Source of the DNA: Auanema rhodensis
Taxonomy: Eukaryota; Animalia; Nematoda
Assembly: GCA_964057225.1 (NCBI GenBank)
Contig: OZ059894.1
Coordinates: 21,824,001 to 21,888,000 of the forward strand
Direction: 5' to 3'
Length of the DNA stretch: 64,000 nucleotides
The notes below the pieces were generated by a model. That model ran no database searches. It saw only the letters and a list, made by a program, of their open reading frames with translations, and was not told the DNA's origin. Positions 38,257 through 51,516 of this stretch are shown in pieces. Position numbers and translations under genes: made by a program. Every line of letters starts with the position of its first letter. Within the stretch, counting starts at the first letter, position 1.

Positions 38257-41200
38257 AGATATCAACTGATATAAGTTCACACTTATATCCTCGATTTTCA
38301 CCCTGAAGAATTATTTTTTTCGTTGAATAACGTTGTCTATCGTCTTTGCCTTGAAAAATGGAATCTAAAAACATCTACTTTTTGCTAAATTATTTTGAAA
38401 TTTTTCGAAAAAATTTTTGTCAAAATGTTTTTGGAAGCAATGTTGAGTGTACATGGAAACTCAACATACACTAATGCATCATTTTTCAAACGATCATAAC
38501 TAATTTTTGTATTAAGCGTTTCTCAATGTAGTATAGTGCATTCGATGCGGATTTTTAAGCTGCGTCGATCTGTGTTATCAGATTTGCGCTAGCTTAAAAA
38601 TGCACCGAGATATCAACTGATACAAGTTCACACTTATATCCTCGATTTTCACCCTGAAGAATTAATTTTTTCGTTGAATAACGTTGTCTATCGTCTTTGC
38701 CTTGAAAAATGGAATCTAAAAACATCTACTTTTTGCTAAATTATTTTGAAATTTTTCGAAAAAATTTTTGTCAAAATGTTTTTGGAAGCAATGTTGAGTG
38801 TACATGGAAACTCAACATACACTAATGCATCATTTTTCAAACGATCATAACTAATTTTTGTATTAAGCGTTTCTCAATGTAGTATAGTGCATTCGATGCG
38901 GATTTTTAAGCTGCGTCGATCTGTGTTATCAGATTTGCGCTAGCTTAAAAATGCACCGAGATATCAACTGATACAAGTTCACACTTATATCCTCGATTTT
39001 CACCCTGAAGAATTATTTTTTTCGTTGAATAACATTGTCCATCGTCCTTGCCTTGAAAAATGGAATCTAAAAACATCTACTTTTTGCTAAATTATTTTGA
39101 AATTTTTCGAAAAAATTTTTGTCAAAATGTTTTTGGAAGCAATGTTGAGTGTACATGGAAACTCAACATACACTAATGCATCATTTTTCAAACGATCATA
39201 ACTAATTTTTGTATCAAGCGTTTCTCAATGTAGTATAGTGCATTCGATGCGGATTTTTAAGCTGCGTCGATCTGTGTTATCAGATTTGCGCTAGCTTAAA
39301 AATGCACCGAGATATCAACTGATATAAGTTCACACTTATATCCTCGATTTTCACCCTGAAGAATTAATTTTTTCGTTGAATAACATTGTCCATCGTCTTT
39401 GCCTTGAAAAAAGGAATCTAAAAACATCTACTTTTTGCTAAATTATTCTGAAATTTTTCGAAAAAATTTTTGTCAAAATGTTTTTGGAAGCAATGTTGAG
39501 TGTACATGGAAACTCAACATACACTAATGCATCATTTTTCAAACGATCATAACTAATTTTTGTATTAAGCGTTTCTCAATGTAGTATAGTGCATTCGATG
39601 CGGATTTTTAAGCTGCGTCGATCTGTGTTATCAGATTTGCGCTAACTTAAAAATGCACCGAGATATCAACTGATACAAGTTCACACTTATATCCTCGATT
39701 TTCACCCTGAAGAATTAATTTTTTCGTTGAATAACATTGTCTATCGTCTTTGCCTTGAAAAATGGAATCTAAAAACATCTACTTTTTGCTAAATTATTTT
39801 GAAATTTTTCGAAAAAATTTTTGTCAAAATGTTTTTGGAAGCAATGTTGAGTGTACATGGAAACTCAACATACACTAATGCATCATTTTTCAAACGATCA
39901 TAACTAATTTTTGTATTAAGCGTTTCTCAATGTAGTATAGTGCATTCGATGCGGATTTTTAAGCTGCGTCGATCTGTGTTATCAGATTTGCGCTAGCTTA
40001 AAAATGCACCGAGATATCAACTGATATAAGTTCACACTTATATCCTCGATTTTCACCCTGAAGAATTATTTTTTTCGTTGAATAACGTTGTCTATCGTCT
40101 TTGCCTTGAAAAATGGAATCTAAAAACATCTACTTTTTGCTAAATTATTTTGAAATTTTTCGAAAAAATTTTTGTCAAAATGTTTTTGGAAGCAATGTTG
40201 AGTGTACATGGAAACTCAACATACACTAATGCATCATTTTTCAAACGATCATAACTAATTTTTGTATTAAGCGTTTCTCAATGTAGTATAGTGCATTCGA
40301 TGCGGATTTTTAAGCTGCGTCGATCTGTGTTATCAGATTTGCGCTAGCTTAAAAATGCACCGAGATATCAACTGATACAAGTTCACACTTATATCCTCGA
40401 TTTTCACCCTGAAGAATTAATTTTTTCGTTGAATAACGTTGTCTATCGTCTTTGCCTTGAAAAATGGAATCTAAAAACATCTACTTTTTGCTAAATTATT
40501 TTGAAATTTTTCGAAAAAATTTTTGTCAAAATGTTTTTGGAAGCAATGTTGAGTGTACATGGAAACTCAACATACACTAATGCATCATTTTTCAAACGAT
40601 CATAACTAATTTTTGTATTAAGCGTTTCTCAATGTAGTATAGTGCATTCGATGCGGATTTTTAAGCTGCGTCGATCTGTGTTATCAGATTTGCGCTAGCT
40701 TAAAAATGCACCGAGATATCAACTGATACAAGTTCACACTTATATCCTCGATTTTCACCCTGAAGAATTATTTTTTTCGTTGAATAACATTGTCCATCGT
40801 CCTTGCCTTGAAAAATGGAATCTAAAAACATCTACTTTTTGCTAAATTATTTTGAAATTTTTCGAAAAAATTTTTGTCAAAATGTTTTTGGAAGCAATGT
40901 TGAGTGTACATGGAAACTCAACATACACTAATGCATCATTTTTCAAACGATCATAACTAATTTTTGTATCAAGCGTTTCTCAATGTAGTATAGTGCATTC
41001 GATGCGGATTTTTAAGCTGCGTCGATCTGTGTTATCAGATTTGCGCTAGCTTAAAAATGCACCGAGATATCAACTGATATAAGTTCACACTTATATCCTC
41101 GATTTTCACCCTGAAGAATTAATTTTTTCGTTGAATAACATTGTCCATCGTCTTTGCCTTGAAAAAAGGAATCTAAAAACATCTACTTTTTGCTAAATTA

Positions 41201-44200
41201 TTCTGAAATTTTTCGAAAAAATTTTTGTCAAAATGTTTTTGGAAGCAATGTTGAGTGTACATGGAAACTCAACATACACTAATGCATCATTTTTCAAACG
41301 ATCATAACTAATTTTTGTATTAAGCGTTTCTCAATGTAGTATAGTGCATTCGATGCGGATTTTTAAGCTGCGTCGATCTGTGTTATCAGATTTGCGCTAA
41401 CTTAAAAATGCACCGAGATATCAACTGATACAAGTTCACACTTATATCCTCGATTTTCACCCTGAAGAATTAATTTTTTCGTTGAATAACATTGTCTATC
41501 GTCTTTGCCTTGAAAAATGGAATCTAAAAACATCTACTTTTTGCTAAATTATTTTGAAATTTTTCGAAAAAATTTTTGTCAAAATGTTTTTGGAAGCAAT
41601 GTTGAGTGTACATGGAAACTCAACATACACTAATGCATCATTTTTCAAACGATCATAACTAATTTTTGTATTAAGCGTTTCTCAATGTAGTATAGTGCAT
41701 TCGATGCGGATTTTTAAGCTGCGTCGATCTGTGTTATCAGATTTGCGCTAGCTTAAAAATGCACCGAGATATCAACTGATATAAGTTCACACTTATATCC
41801 TCGATTTTCACCCTGAAGAATTATTTTTTTCGTTGAATAACGTTGTCTATCGTCTTTGCCTTGAAAAATGGAATCTAAAAACATCTACTTTTTGCTAAAT
41901 TATTTTGAAATTTTTCGAAAAAATTTTTGTCAAAATGTTTTTGGAAGCAATGTTGAGTGTACATGGAAACTCAACATACACTAATGCATCATTTTTCAAA
42001 CGATCATAACTAATTTTTGTATTAAGCGTTTCTCAATGTAGTATAGTGCATTCGATGCGGATTTTTAAGCTGCGTCGATCTGTGTTATCAGATTTGCGCT
42101 AGCTTAAAAATGCACCGAGATATCAACTGATACAAGTTCACACTTATATCCTCGATTTTCACCCTGAAGAATTAATTTTTTCGTTGAATAACGTTGTCTA
42201 TCGTCTTTGCCTTGAAAAATGGAATCTAAAAACATCTACTTTTTGCTAAATTATTTTGAAATTTTTCGAAAAAATTTTTGTCAAAATGTTTTTGGAAGCA
42301 ATGTTGAGTGTACATGGAAACTCAACATACACTAATGCATCATTTTTCAAACGATCATAACTAATTTTTGTATTAAGCGTTTCTCAATGTAGTATAGTGC
42401 ATTCGATGCGGATTTTTAAGCTGCGTCGATCTGTGTTATCAGATTTGCGCTAGCTTAAAAATGCACCGAGATATCAACTGATACAAGTTCACACTTATAT
42501 CCTCGATTTTCACCCTGAAGAATTATTTTTTTCGTTGAATAACATTGTCCATCGTCCTTGCCTTGAAAAATGGAATCTAAAAACATCTACTTTTTGCTAA
42601 ATTATTTTGAAATTTTTCGAAAAAATTTTTGTCAAAATGTTTTTGGAAGCAATGTTGAGTGTACATGGAAACTCAACATACACTAATGCATCATTTTTCA
42701 AACGATCATAACTAATTTTTGTATTAAGCGTTTCTCAATGTAGTATAGTGCATTCGATGCGGATTTTTAAGCTGCGTCGATCTGTGTTATCAGATTTGCG
42801 CTAGCTTAAAAATGCACCGAGATATCAACTGATACAAGTTCACACTTATATCCTCGATTTTCACCCTGAAGAATTAATTTTTTCGTTGAATAACGTTGTC
42901 TATCGTCTTTGCCTTGAAAAATGGAATCTAAAAACATCTACTTTTTGCTAAATTATTTTGAAATTTTTCGAAAAAATTTTTGTCAAAATGTTTTTGGAAG
43001 CAATGTTGAGTGTACATGGAAACTCAACATACACTAATGCATCATTTTTCAAACGATCATAACTAATTTTTGTATTAAGCGTTTCTCAATGTAGTATAGT
43101 GCATTCGATGCGGATTTTTAAGCTGCGTCGATCTGTGTTATCAGATTTGCGCTAGCTTAAAAATGCACCGAGATATCAACTGATACAAGTTCACACTTAT
43201 ATCCTCGATTTTCACCCTGAAGAATTAATTTTTTCGTTGAATAACATTGTCTATCGTCTTTGCCTTGAAAAATGGAATCTAAAAACATCTACTTTTTGCT
43301 AAATTATTTTGAAATTTTTCGAAAAAATTTTTGTCAAAATGTTTTTGGAAGCAATGTTGAGTGTACATGGAAACTCAACATACACTAATGCATCATTTTT
43401 CAAACGATCATAACTAATTTTTGTATTAAGCGTTTCTCAATGTAGTATAGTGCATTCGATGCGGATTTTTAAGCTGCGTCGATCTGTGTTATCAGATTTG
43501 CGCTAGCTTAAAAATGCACCGAGATATCAACTGATATAAGTTCACACTTATATCCTCGATTTTCACCCTGAAGAATTATTTTTTTCGTTGAATAACGTTG
43601 TCTATCGTCTTTGCCTTGAAAAATGGAATCTAAAAACATCTACTTTTTGCTAAATTATTTTGAAATTTTTCGAAAAAATTTTTGTCAAAATGTTTTTGGA
43701 AGCAATGTTGAGTGTACATGGAAACTCAACATACACTAATGCATCATTTTTCAAACGATCATAACTAATTTTTGTATTAAGCGTTTCTCAATGTAGTATA
43801 GTGCATTCGATGCGGATTTTTAAGCTGCGTCGATCTGTGTTATCAGATTTGCGCTAGCTTAAAAATGCACCGAGATATCAACTGATACAAGTTCACACTT
43901 ATATCCTCGATTTTCACCCTGAAGAATTAATTTTTTCGTTGAATAACGTTGTCTATCGTCTTTGCCTTGAAAAATGGAATCTAAAAACATCTACTTTTTG
44001 CTAAATTATTTTGAAATTTTTCGAAAAAATTTTTGTCAAAATGTTTTTGGAAGCAATGTTGAGTGGACATGGAAACTCAACATACACTAATGCATCATTT
44101 TTCAAACGATCATAACTAATTTTTGTATTAAGCGTTTCTCAATGTAGTATAGTGCATTCGATGCGGATTTTTAAGCTGCGTCGATCTGTGTTATCAGATT

Positions 44201-45276
44201 TGCGCTAGCTTAAAAATGCACCGAGATATCAACTGATACAAGTTCACACTTATATCCTCGATTTTCACCCTGAAGAATTATTTTTTTCGTTGAATAACAT
44301 TGTCCATCGTCCTTGCCTTGAAAAATGGAATCTAAAAACATCTACTTTTTGCTAAATTATTTTGAAATTTTTCGAAAAAATTTTTGTCAAAATGTTTTTG
44401 GAAGCAATGTTGAGTGTACATGGAAACTCAACATACACTAATGCATCATTTTTCAAACGATCATAACTAATTTTTGTATTAAGCGTTTCTCAATGTAGTA
44501 TAGTGCATTCGATGCGGATTTTTAAGCTGCGTCGATCTGTGTTATCAGATTTGCGCTAGCTTAAAAATGCACCGAGATATCAACTGATACAAGTTCACAC
44601 TTATATCCTCGATTTTCACCCTGAAGAATTAATTTTTTCGTTGAATAACGTTGTCTATCGTCTTTGCCTTGAAAAATGGAATCTAAAAACATCTACTTTT
44701 TGCTAAATTATTTTGAAATTTTTCGAAAAAATTTTTGTCAAAATGTTTTTGGAAGCAATGTTGAGTGTACATGGAAACTCAACATACACTAATGCATCAT
44801 TTTTCAAACGATCATAACTAATTTTTGTATTAAGCGTTTCTCAATGTAGTATAGTGCATTCGATGCGGATTTTTTAGCTGCGTCGATCTGTGTTATCAGA
44901 TTTGCGCTAGCTTAAAAATGCACCGAGATATCAACTGATACAAGTTCACACTTATATCCTCGATTTTCACCCTGAAGAATTAATTTTTTCGTTGAATAAC
45001 ATTGTCTATCGTCTTTGCCTTGAAAAATGGAATCTAAAAACATCTACTTTTTGCTAAATTATTTTGAAATTTTTCGAAAAAATTTTTGTCTAAATGTTTT
45101 TGGAAGCAATGTTGAGTGTACATGGAAACTCAACATACACTAATGCATCATTTTTCAAACGATCATAACTAATTTTTGTATTAAGCGTTTCTCAATGTAG
45201 TATAGTGCATTCGATGCGGATTTTTAAGCTGCGTCGATCTGTGTTATCAGATTTGCGCTAGCTTAAAAATGCACCG
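38257..45276. repeat. Pentamer higher-order repeat (1755 bp) x4
   Basis: H-type monomers start at 38257, 40012, 41767 and 43522. The units read H-G-D-A-C twice, then H-G-D-G-C twice. Confidence 0.88.
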
Positions 45277-46680
45277 AGATATCAACTGATACAAGTTCAC
45301 ACTTATATCCTCGATTTTCACCCTGAAGAATTAATTTTTTCGTTGAATAACATTGTCTATCGTCTTTGCCTTGAAAAATGGAATCTAAAAACATCTACTT
45401 TTTGCTAAATTATTTTGAAATTTTTCGAAAAAATTTTTGTCAAAATGTTTTTGGAAGCAATGTTGAGTGTACATGGAAACTCAACATACACTAATGCATC
45501 ATTTTTCAAACGATCATAACTAATTTTTGTATTAAGCGTTTCTCAATGTAGTATAGTGCATTCGATGCGGATTTTTAAGCTGCGTCGATCTGTGTTATCA
45601 GATTTGCGCTAGCTTAAAAATGCACCGAGATATCAACTGATATAAGTTCACACTTATATCCTCGATTTTCACCCTGAAGAATTATTTTTTTCGTTGAATA
45701 ACATTGTCCATCGTCCTTGCCTTGAAAAATGAAATCTAAAAACATCTACTTTTTGCTAAATTATTTTGAAATTTTTCGAAAAAAGTTTTGTCAAAATGTT
45801 TTTGGAAGCAATGTTGAGTGTACATGGAAACTCAACATACACTAATGCATCATTTTTCAAACGATCATAACTAATTTTTGTATCAAGCGTTTCTCAATGT
45901 AGTATAGTGCATTCGATGCGGATTTTTAAGCTGCGTCGATCTGTGTTATCAGATTTGCGCTAGCTTAAAAATGCACCGAGATATCAACTGATATAAGTTC
46001 ACACTTATATCCTCGATTTTCACCCTGAAGAATTAATTTTTTCGTTGAATAACATTGTCCATCGTCTTTGCCTTGAAAAAAGGAATCTAAAAACATCTAC
46101 TTTTTGCTAAATTATTTTGAAATTTTTCGAAAAAATGTTTGTCAAAATGTTTTTGGAAGCAATGTTGAGTGTACATGGAAACTCAACATACACTAATGCA
46201 TCATTTTTCAAACGATTATAACTAATTTTTATATTAAGCGTTTCTCAATGTAGTATAGTGCATTCGATGCGGATTTTTAAGCTGCGTCGATCTGTGTTAT
46301 CAGATTTGCGCTAGCTTAAAAATGCACCGAGATATCAACTGATACAAGTTCACACTTATATCCTCGATTTTCACCCTGAAGAATTAATTTTTTCGTTGAA
46401 TAACATTGTCCATCGTCTTTGCCTTGAAAAAAGGAATCTAAAAACATCTACTTTTTGCTAAATTATTCTGAAATTTTTCGAAAAAATTTTTGTCAAAATG
46501 TTTTTGGAAGCAATGTTGAGTGTACATGGAAACTCAACATACACTAATGCATCATTTTTCAAACGATCATAACTAATTTTTGTATTAAGCGTTTCTCAAT
46601 GTAGTATAGTGCATTCGATGCGGATTTTTAAGCTGCGTCGATCTGTGTTATCAGATTTGCGCTAGCTTAAAAATGCACCG

Positions 46681-49486
46681 AGATATCAACTGATACAAGT
46701 TCACACTTATATCCTCGATTTTCACCCTGAAGAATCAATTTTTTCGTTGAATAACATTGTCCATCGTCTTCGCCTTGAAAAAAGGAATCTAAAAACATCT
46801 ACGTTTTGCTACATTATTTCGAAATTTTTCGAAAAAATTTTGTCAAAATGTTTTTGGAAGCAATGTTGAGTGTACATGGAAACTCAACATACACTAATGC
46901 ATCATTTTTCAAACGATCATAACTAATTTTTGTATTAAGCGTTTCTCAATGTAGTATAGTGCATTCGATGCGGATTTTTAAGCTGCGTCGATCTGTGTTA
47001 TCAGAATCGCGCTAGCTTAAAAATGCACCGAGATATCAACTGATATAAGTTCACATTTATATCCCCGATTTTCACCCTGAAGAATTAATTTTTTCGTTGA
47101 ATAACATTGTCCATCGTCTTTGCCTTGAAAAATGGAATCTAAAAACATCTACTTTTTGCTAAATTATTTTGAAATTTTTCGAAAAAATTTTTGTCAAAAT
47201 GTTTTTGGAAGCAATGTTGAGTGTACATGGAAACTCAACATACACTAATGCATCATTTTTCAAACGATCATAACTAATTTTTGTATTAAGCGTTTCTCAA
47301 TGTAGTATAGTGCATTCGATGCGGATTTTTAAGCTGCGTCGATCTGTGTTATCAGATTTGCGCTAACTTAAAAATGCACCGAGACATCAACTGATATAAG
47401 TTCACACTTATATCCTCGATTTTCACCCTGAAGAATTAATTTTTTCGTTGAATAACATTGTCCATCGTCTTTGCCTTGAAAAAAGGAATCTAAAAACATC
47501 TACTTTTTGCTAAATTATTCTGAAATTTTTCGAAAAAATTTTTGTCAAAATGTTTTTGGAAGCAATGTTGAGTGTACATGGAAACTCAACATACACTAAT
47601 GCATCATTTTTCAAACGATCATAACTAATTTTTGTATCAAGCGTTTCTCAATGTAGTATAGTGCATTCGATGCGGATTTTTAAGCTGCGTCGATCTGTGT
47701 TATCAGATTTGCGCTAGCTTAAAAATGCACCGAGATATCAACTGATATAAGTTCACACTTATATCCTCGATTTTCACCCTGAAGAATTAATTTTTTCGTT
47801 GAATAACATTGTCCATCGTCTTTGCCTTGAAAAAAGGAATCTAAAAACATCTACTTTTTGCTAAATTATTCTGAAATTTTTCGAAAAAATTTTTGTCAAA
47901 ATGTTTTTGGAAGCAATGTTGAGTGTACATGGAAACTCAACATACACTAATGCATCATTTTTCAAACGATCATAACTAATTTTTGTATTGAGCGTTTCTC
48001 AATGTAGTATAGTGCATTCGATGCGGATTTTTAAGCTGCGTCGATCTGTGTTATCAGATTTGCGCTAGCTTAAAAATGCACCGAGATATCAACTGATACA
48101 AGTTCACACTTATATCCTCGATTTTCACCCTGAAGAATCAATTTTTTCGTTGAATAACATTGTCCATCGTCTTCGCCTTGAAAAAAGGAATCTAAAAACA
48201 TCTACGTTTTGCTACATTATTTCGAAATTTTTCGAAAAAATTTTGTCAAAATGTTTTTGGAAGCAATGTTGAGTGTACATGGAAACTCAACATACACTAA
48301 TGCATCATTTTTCAAACGATCATAACTAATTTTTGTATTAAGCGTTTCTCAATGTAGTATAGTGCATTCGATGCGGATTTTTAAGCTGCGTCGATCTGTG
48401 TTATCAGAATCGCGCTAGCTTAAAAATGCACCGAGATATCAACTGATATAAGTTCACATTTATATCCCCGATTTTCACCCTGAAGAATTAATTTTTTCGT
48501 TGAATAACATTGTCCATCGTCTTTGCCTTGAAAAATGGAATCTAAAAACATCTACTTTTTGCTAAATTATTTTGAAATTTTTCGAAAAAATTTTTGTCAA
48601 AATGTTTTTGGAAGCAATGTTGAGTGTACATGGAAACTCAACATACACTAATGCATCATTTTTCAAACGATCATAACTAATTTTTGTATTAAGCGTTTCT
48701 CAATGTAGTATAGTGCATTCGATGCGGATTTTTAAGCTGCGTCGATCTGTGTTATCAGATTTGCGCTAACTTAAAAATGCACCGAGACATCAACTGATAT
48801 AAGTTCACACTTATATCCTCGATTTTCACCCTGAAGAATTAATTTTTTCGTTGAATAACATTGTCCATCGTCTTTGCCTTGAAAAAAGGAATCTAAAAAC
48901 ATCTACTTTTTGCTAAATTATTCTGAAATTTTTCGAAAAAATTTTTGTCAAAATGTTTTTGGAAGCAATGTTGAGTGTACATGGAAACTCAACATACACT
49001 AATGCATCATTTTTCAAACGATCATAACTAATTTTTGTATTAAGCGTTTCTCAATGTAGTATAGTGCATTCGATGCGGATTTTTAAGCTGCGTCGATCTG
49101 TGTTATCAGATTTGCGCTAGCTTAAAAATGCACCGAGATATCAACTGATACAAGTTCACACTTATATCCTCGATTTTCACCCTGAAGAATTAATTTTTTC
49201 GTTGAATAACATTGTCCATCGTCTTTGCCTTGAAAAAAGGAATCTAAAAACATCTACTTTTTGCTAAATTATTTTGAAATTTTTCGAAAAAATTTTTGTC
49301 AAAATGTTTTTGGAAGCAATGTTGAGTGTACATGGAAACTCAACATACACTAATGCATCATTTTTCAAACGATCATAACTAATTTTTGTATCAAGCGTTT
49401 CTCAATGTAGTATAGTGCATTCGATGCGGATTTTTAAGCTGCGTCGATCTGTGTTATCAGATTTGCGCTAGCTTAAAAATGCACCG
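46681..49486. repeat. Tetramer duplication (1403 bp) x2
   Basis: A diverged 350-bp monomer (GAATCAAT, CTTCGCC, ACGTTTTGCTACATTATTTCG, AGAATCGCG) occurs at 46681 and 48084. Each is followed by an ATTTATATCCCC monomer and an AGACATC monomer. Confidence 0.9.
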
Positions 49487-50188
49487 AGATATCAACTGAT
49501 ATAAGTTCACACTTATATCCTCGATTTTCACCCTGAAGAATTAATTTTTTCGTTGAATAACTTTGTCTATCGTCTTTGCCTTGAAAAATGGAATCTAAAA
49601 ACATCTACTTTTTGCTAAATTATTTTGAAATTTTTCGAAAAAATTTTTGTCAAAATGTTTTTGGAAGCAATGTTGAGTGTACATGGAAACTCAACATACA
49701 CTAATGCATCATTTTTCAAACGATCATAACTAATTTTTGTATCAAGCGTTTCTCAATGTAGTATAGTGCATTCGAAGCGGATTTTTAAGCTGCGTCGATC
49801 TGTGTTATCAGATTTGCGCTAGCTTAAAAATGCACCGAGATATCAACTGATATAAGTTCACACTTATATCCTCGATTTTCACCCTGAAGAATTAATTTTT
49901 TCGTTGAATAACATTGTCCATCGTCTTTGCCTTGAAAAAAGGAATCTAAAAACATCTACTTTTCGCTAAATTATTTTGAAATTTTTCGAAAAAATGTTTG
50001 TCAAAATGTTTTTGGAAGCAATGTTGAGTGTACATGGAAACTCAACATACACTAATGCATCATTTTTCAAACGATTATAACTAATTTTTGTATTAAGCGT
50101 TTCTCAATGTAGTATAGTGCATTCGATGCGGATTTTTAAGCTGCGTCGATCTGTGTTATCAGATTTGCGCTAGCTTAAAAATGCACCG

Positions 50189-51166
50189 AGATATCAACTG
50201 ATACAAGTTCACACTTATATCCTCGATTTTCACCCTGAAGAATTAATTTTTTCGTTGAATAACATTGTCCATCGTCTTTGCCTTGAAAAAAGGAATCTAA
50301 AAACATCTACTTTTTGCTAAATTATTTTGAAATTTTTTTGGAATCAATGTTGAGTGTACATGGAAACTCAACATACACTAATGCATCATTTTTCAAACGA
50401 TCATAACTAATTTTTGTATTAAGCTTTTCTCAATGTAGTATAGTGCATTCGATGCGGATTTTTAAGCTGCGTCGATCTGTGTTATCAGATTTGCGCTAGC
50501 TTAAAAATGCACCGAGATATCAACTGATACAAGTTCACACTTATATCCTCGATTTTCACCCTGAAGAATTAATTTTTTCGTTGAATAACATTGTCCATCG
50601 TCTTTGCCTTGAAAAAAGGAATCTAAAAACATCTACTTTTTGCTAAATTATTTTGAAATTTTTTTGGAAGCAATGTTGAGTGTACATGGAAACTCAACAT
50701 ACACTAATGCATCATTTTTCAAACGATCATAACTAATTTTTGTATTAAGCTTTTCTCAATGTAGTATAGTGCATTCGATGCGGATTTTTAAGCTGCGTCG
50801 ATCTGTGTTATCAGATTTGCGCTAGCTTAAAAATGCACCGAGATATCAACTGATACAAGTTCACACTTATATCCTCGATTTTCACCCTGAAGAATTAATT
50901 TTTTCGTTGAATAACATTGTCCATCGTCTTTGCCTTGAAAAAAGGAATCTAAAAACATCTACTTTTTGCTAAATTATTTTGAAATTTTTTTGGAAGCAAT
51001 GTTGAGTGTACATGGAAACTCAACATACACTAATGCATCATTTTTCAAACGATCATAACTAATTTTTGTATTAAGCTTTTCTCAATGTAGTATAGTGCAT
51101 TCGATGCGGATTTTTAAGCTGCGTCGATCTGTGTTATCAGATTTGCGCTAGCTTAAAAATGCACCG
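50189..51166. repeat. Three tandem 326-bp deletion-variant monomers
   Basis: Monomer starts at 50189, 50515, 50841 and 51167 are 326 apart. The sequence reads GAAATTTTTTTGGAA instead of GAAATTTTTCGAAAAAATTTTTGTCAAAATGTTTTTGGAA. Confidence 0.97.
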
Positions 51167-51516
51167 AGATATCAACTGATATAAGTTCACACTTATATCC
51201 TCGATTTTCACCCTGAAGAATCAATTTTTTCGTTGAATAACATTGTCCATCGTCTTCGCCTTGAAAAAAGGAATCTAAAAACATCTACGTTTTGCTACAT
51301 TATTTCGAAATTTTTCGAAAAAATTTTGTCAAAATGTTTTTGGAAGCAATGTTGAGTGTACATGGAAACTCAACATACACTAATGCATCATTTTTCAAAC
51401 GATCATAACTAATTTTTGTATTAAGCGTTTCTCAATGTAGTATAGTGCATTCGATGCGGATTTTTAAGCTGCGTCGATCTGTGTTATCAGAATCGCGCTA
51501 GCTTAAAAATGCACCG

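Noticed and set aside
21058-45276. Monomer variant order as an information-bearing code
   Set aside because: The patterns are adequately explained by nested tandem duplication and conversion, and nothing in the sequence indicates a readout mechanism.
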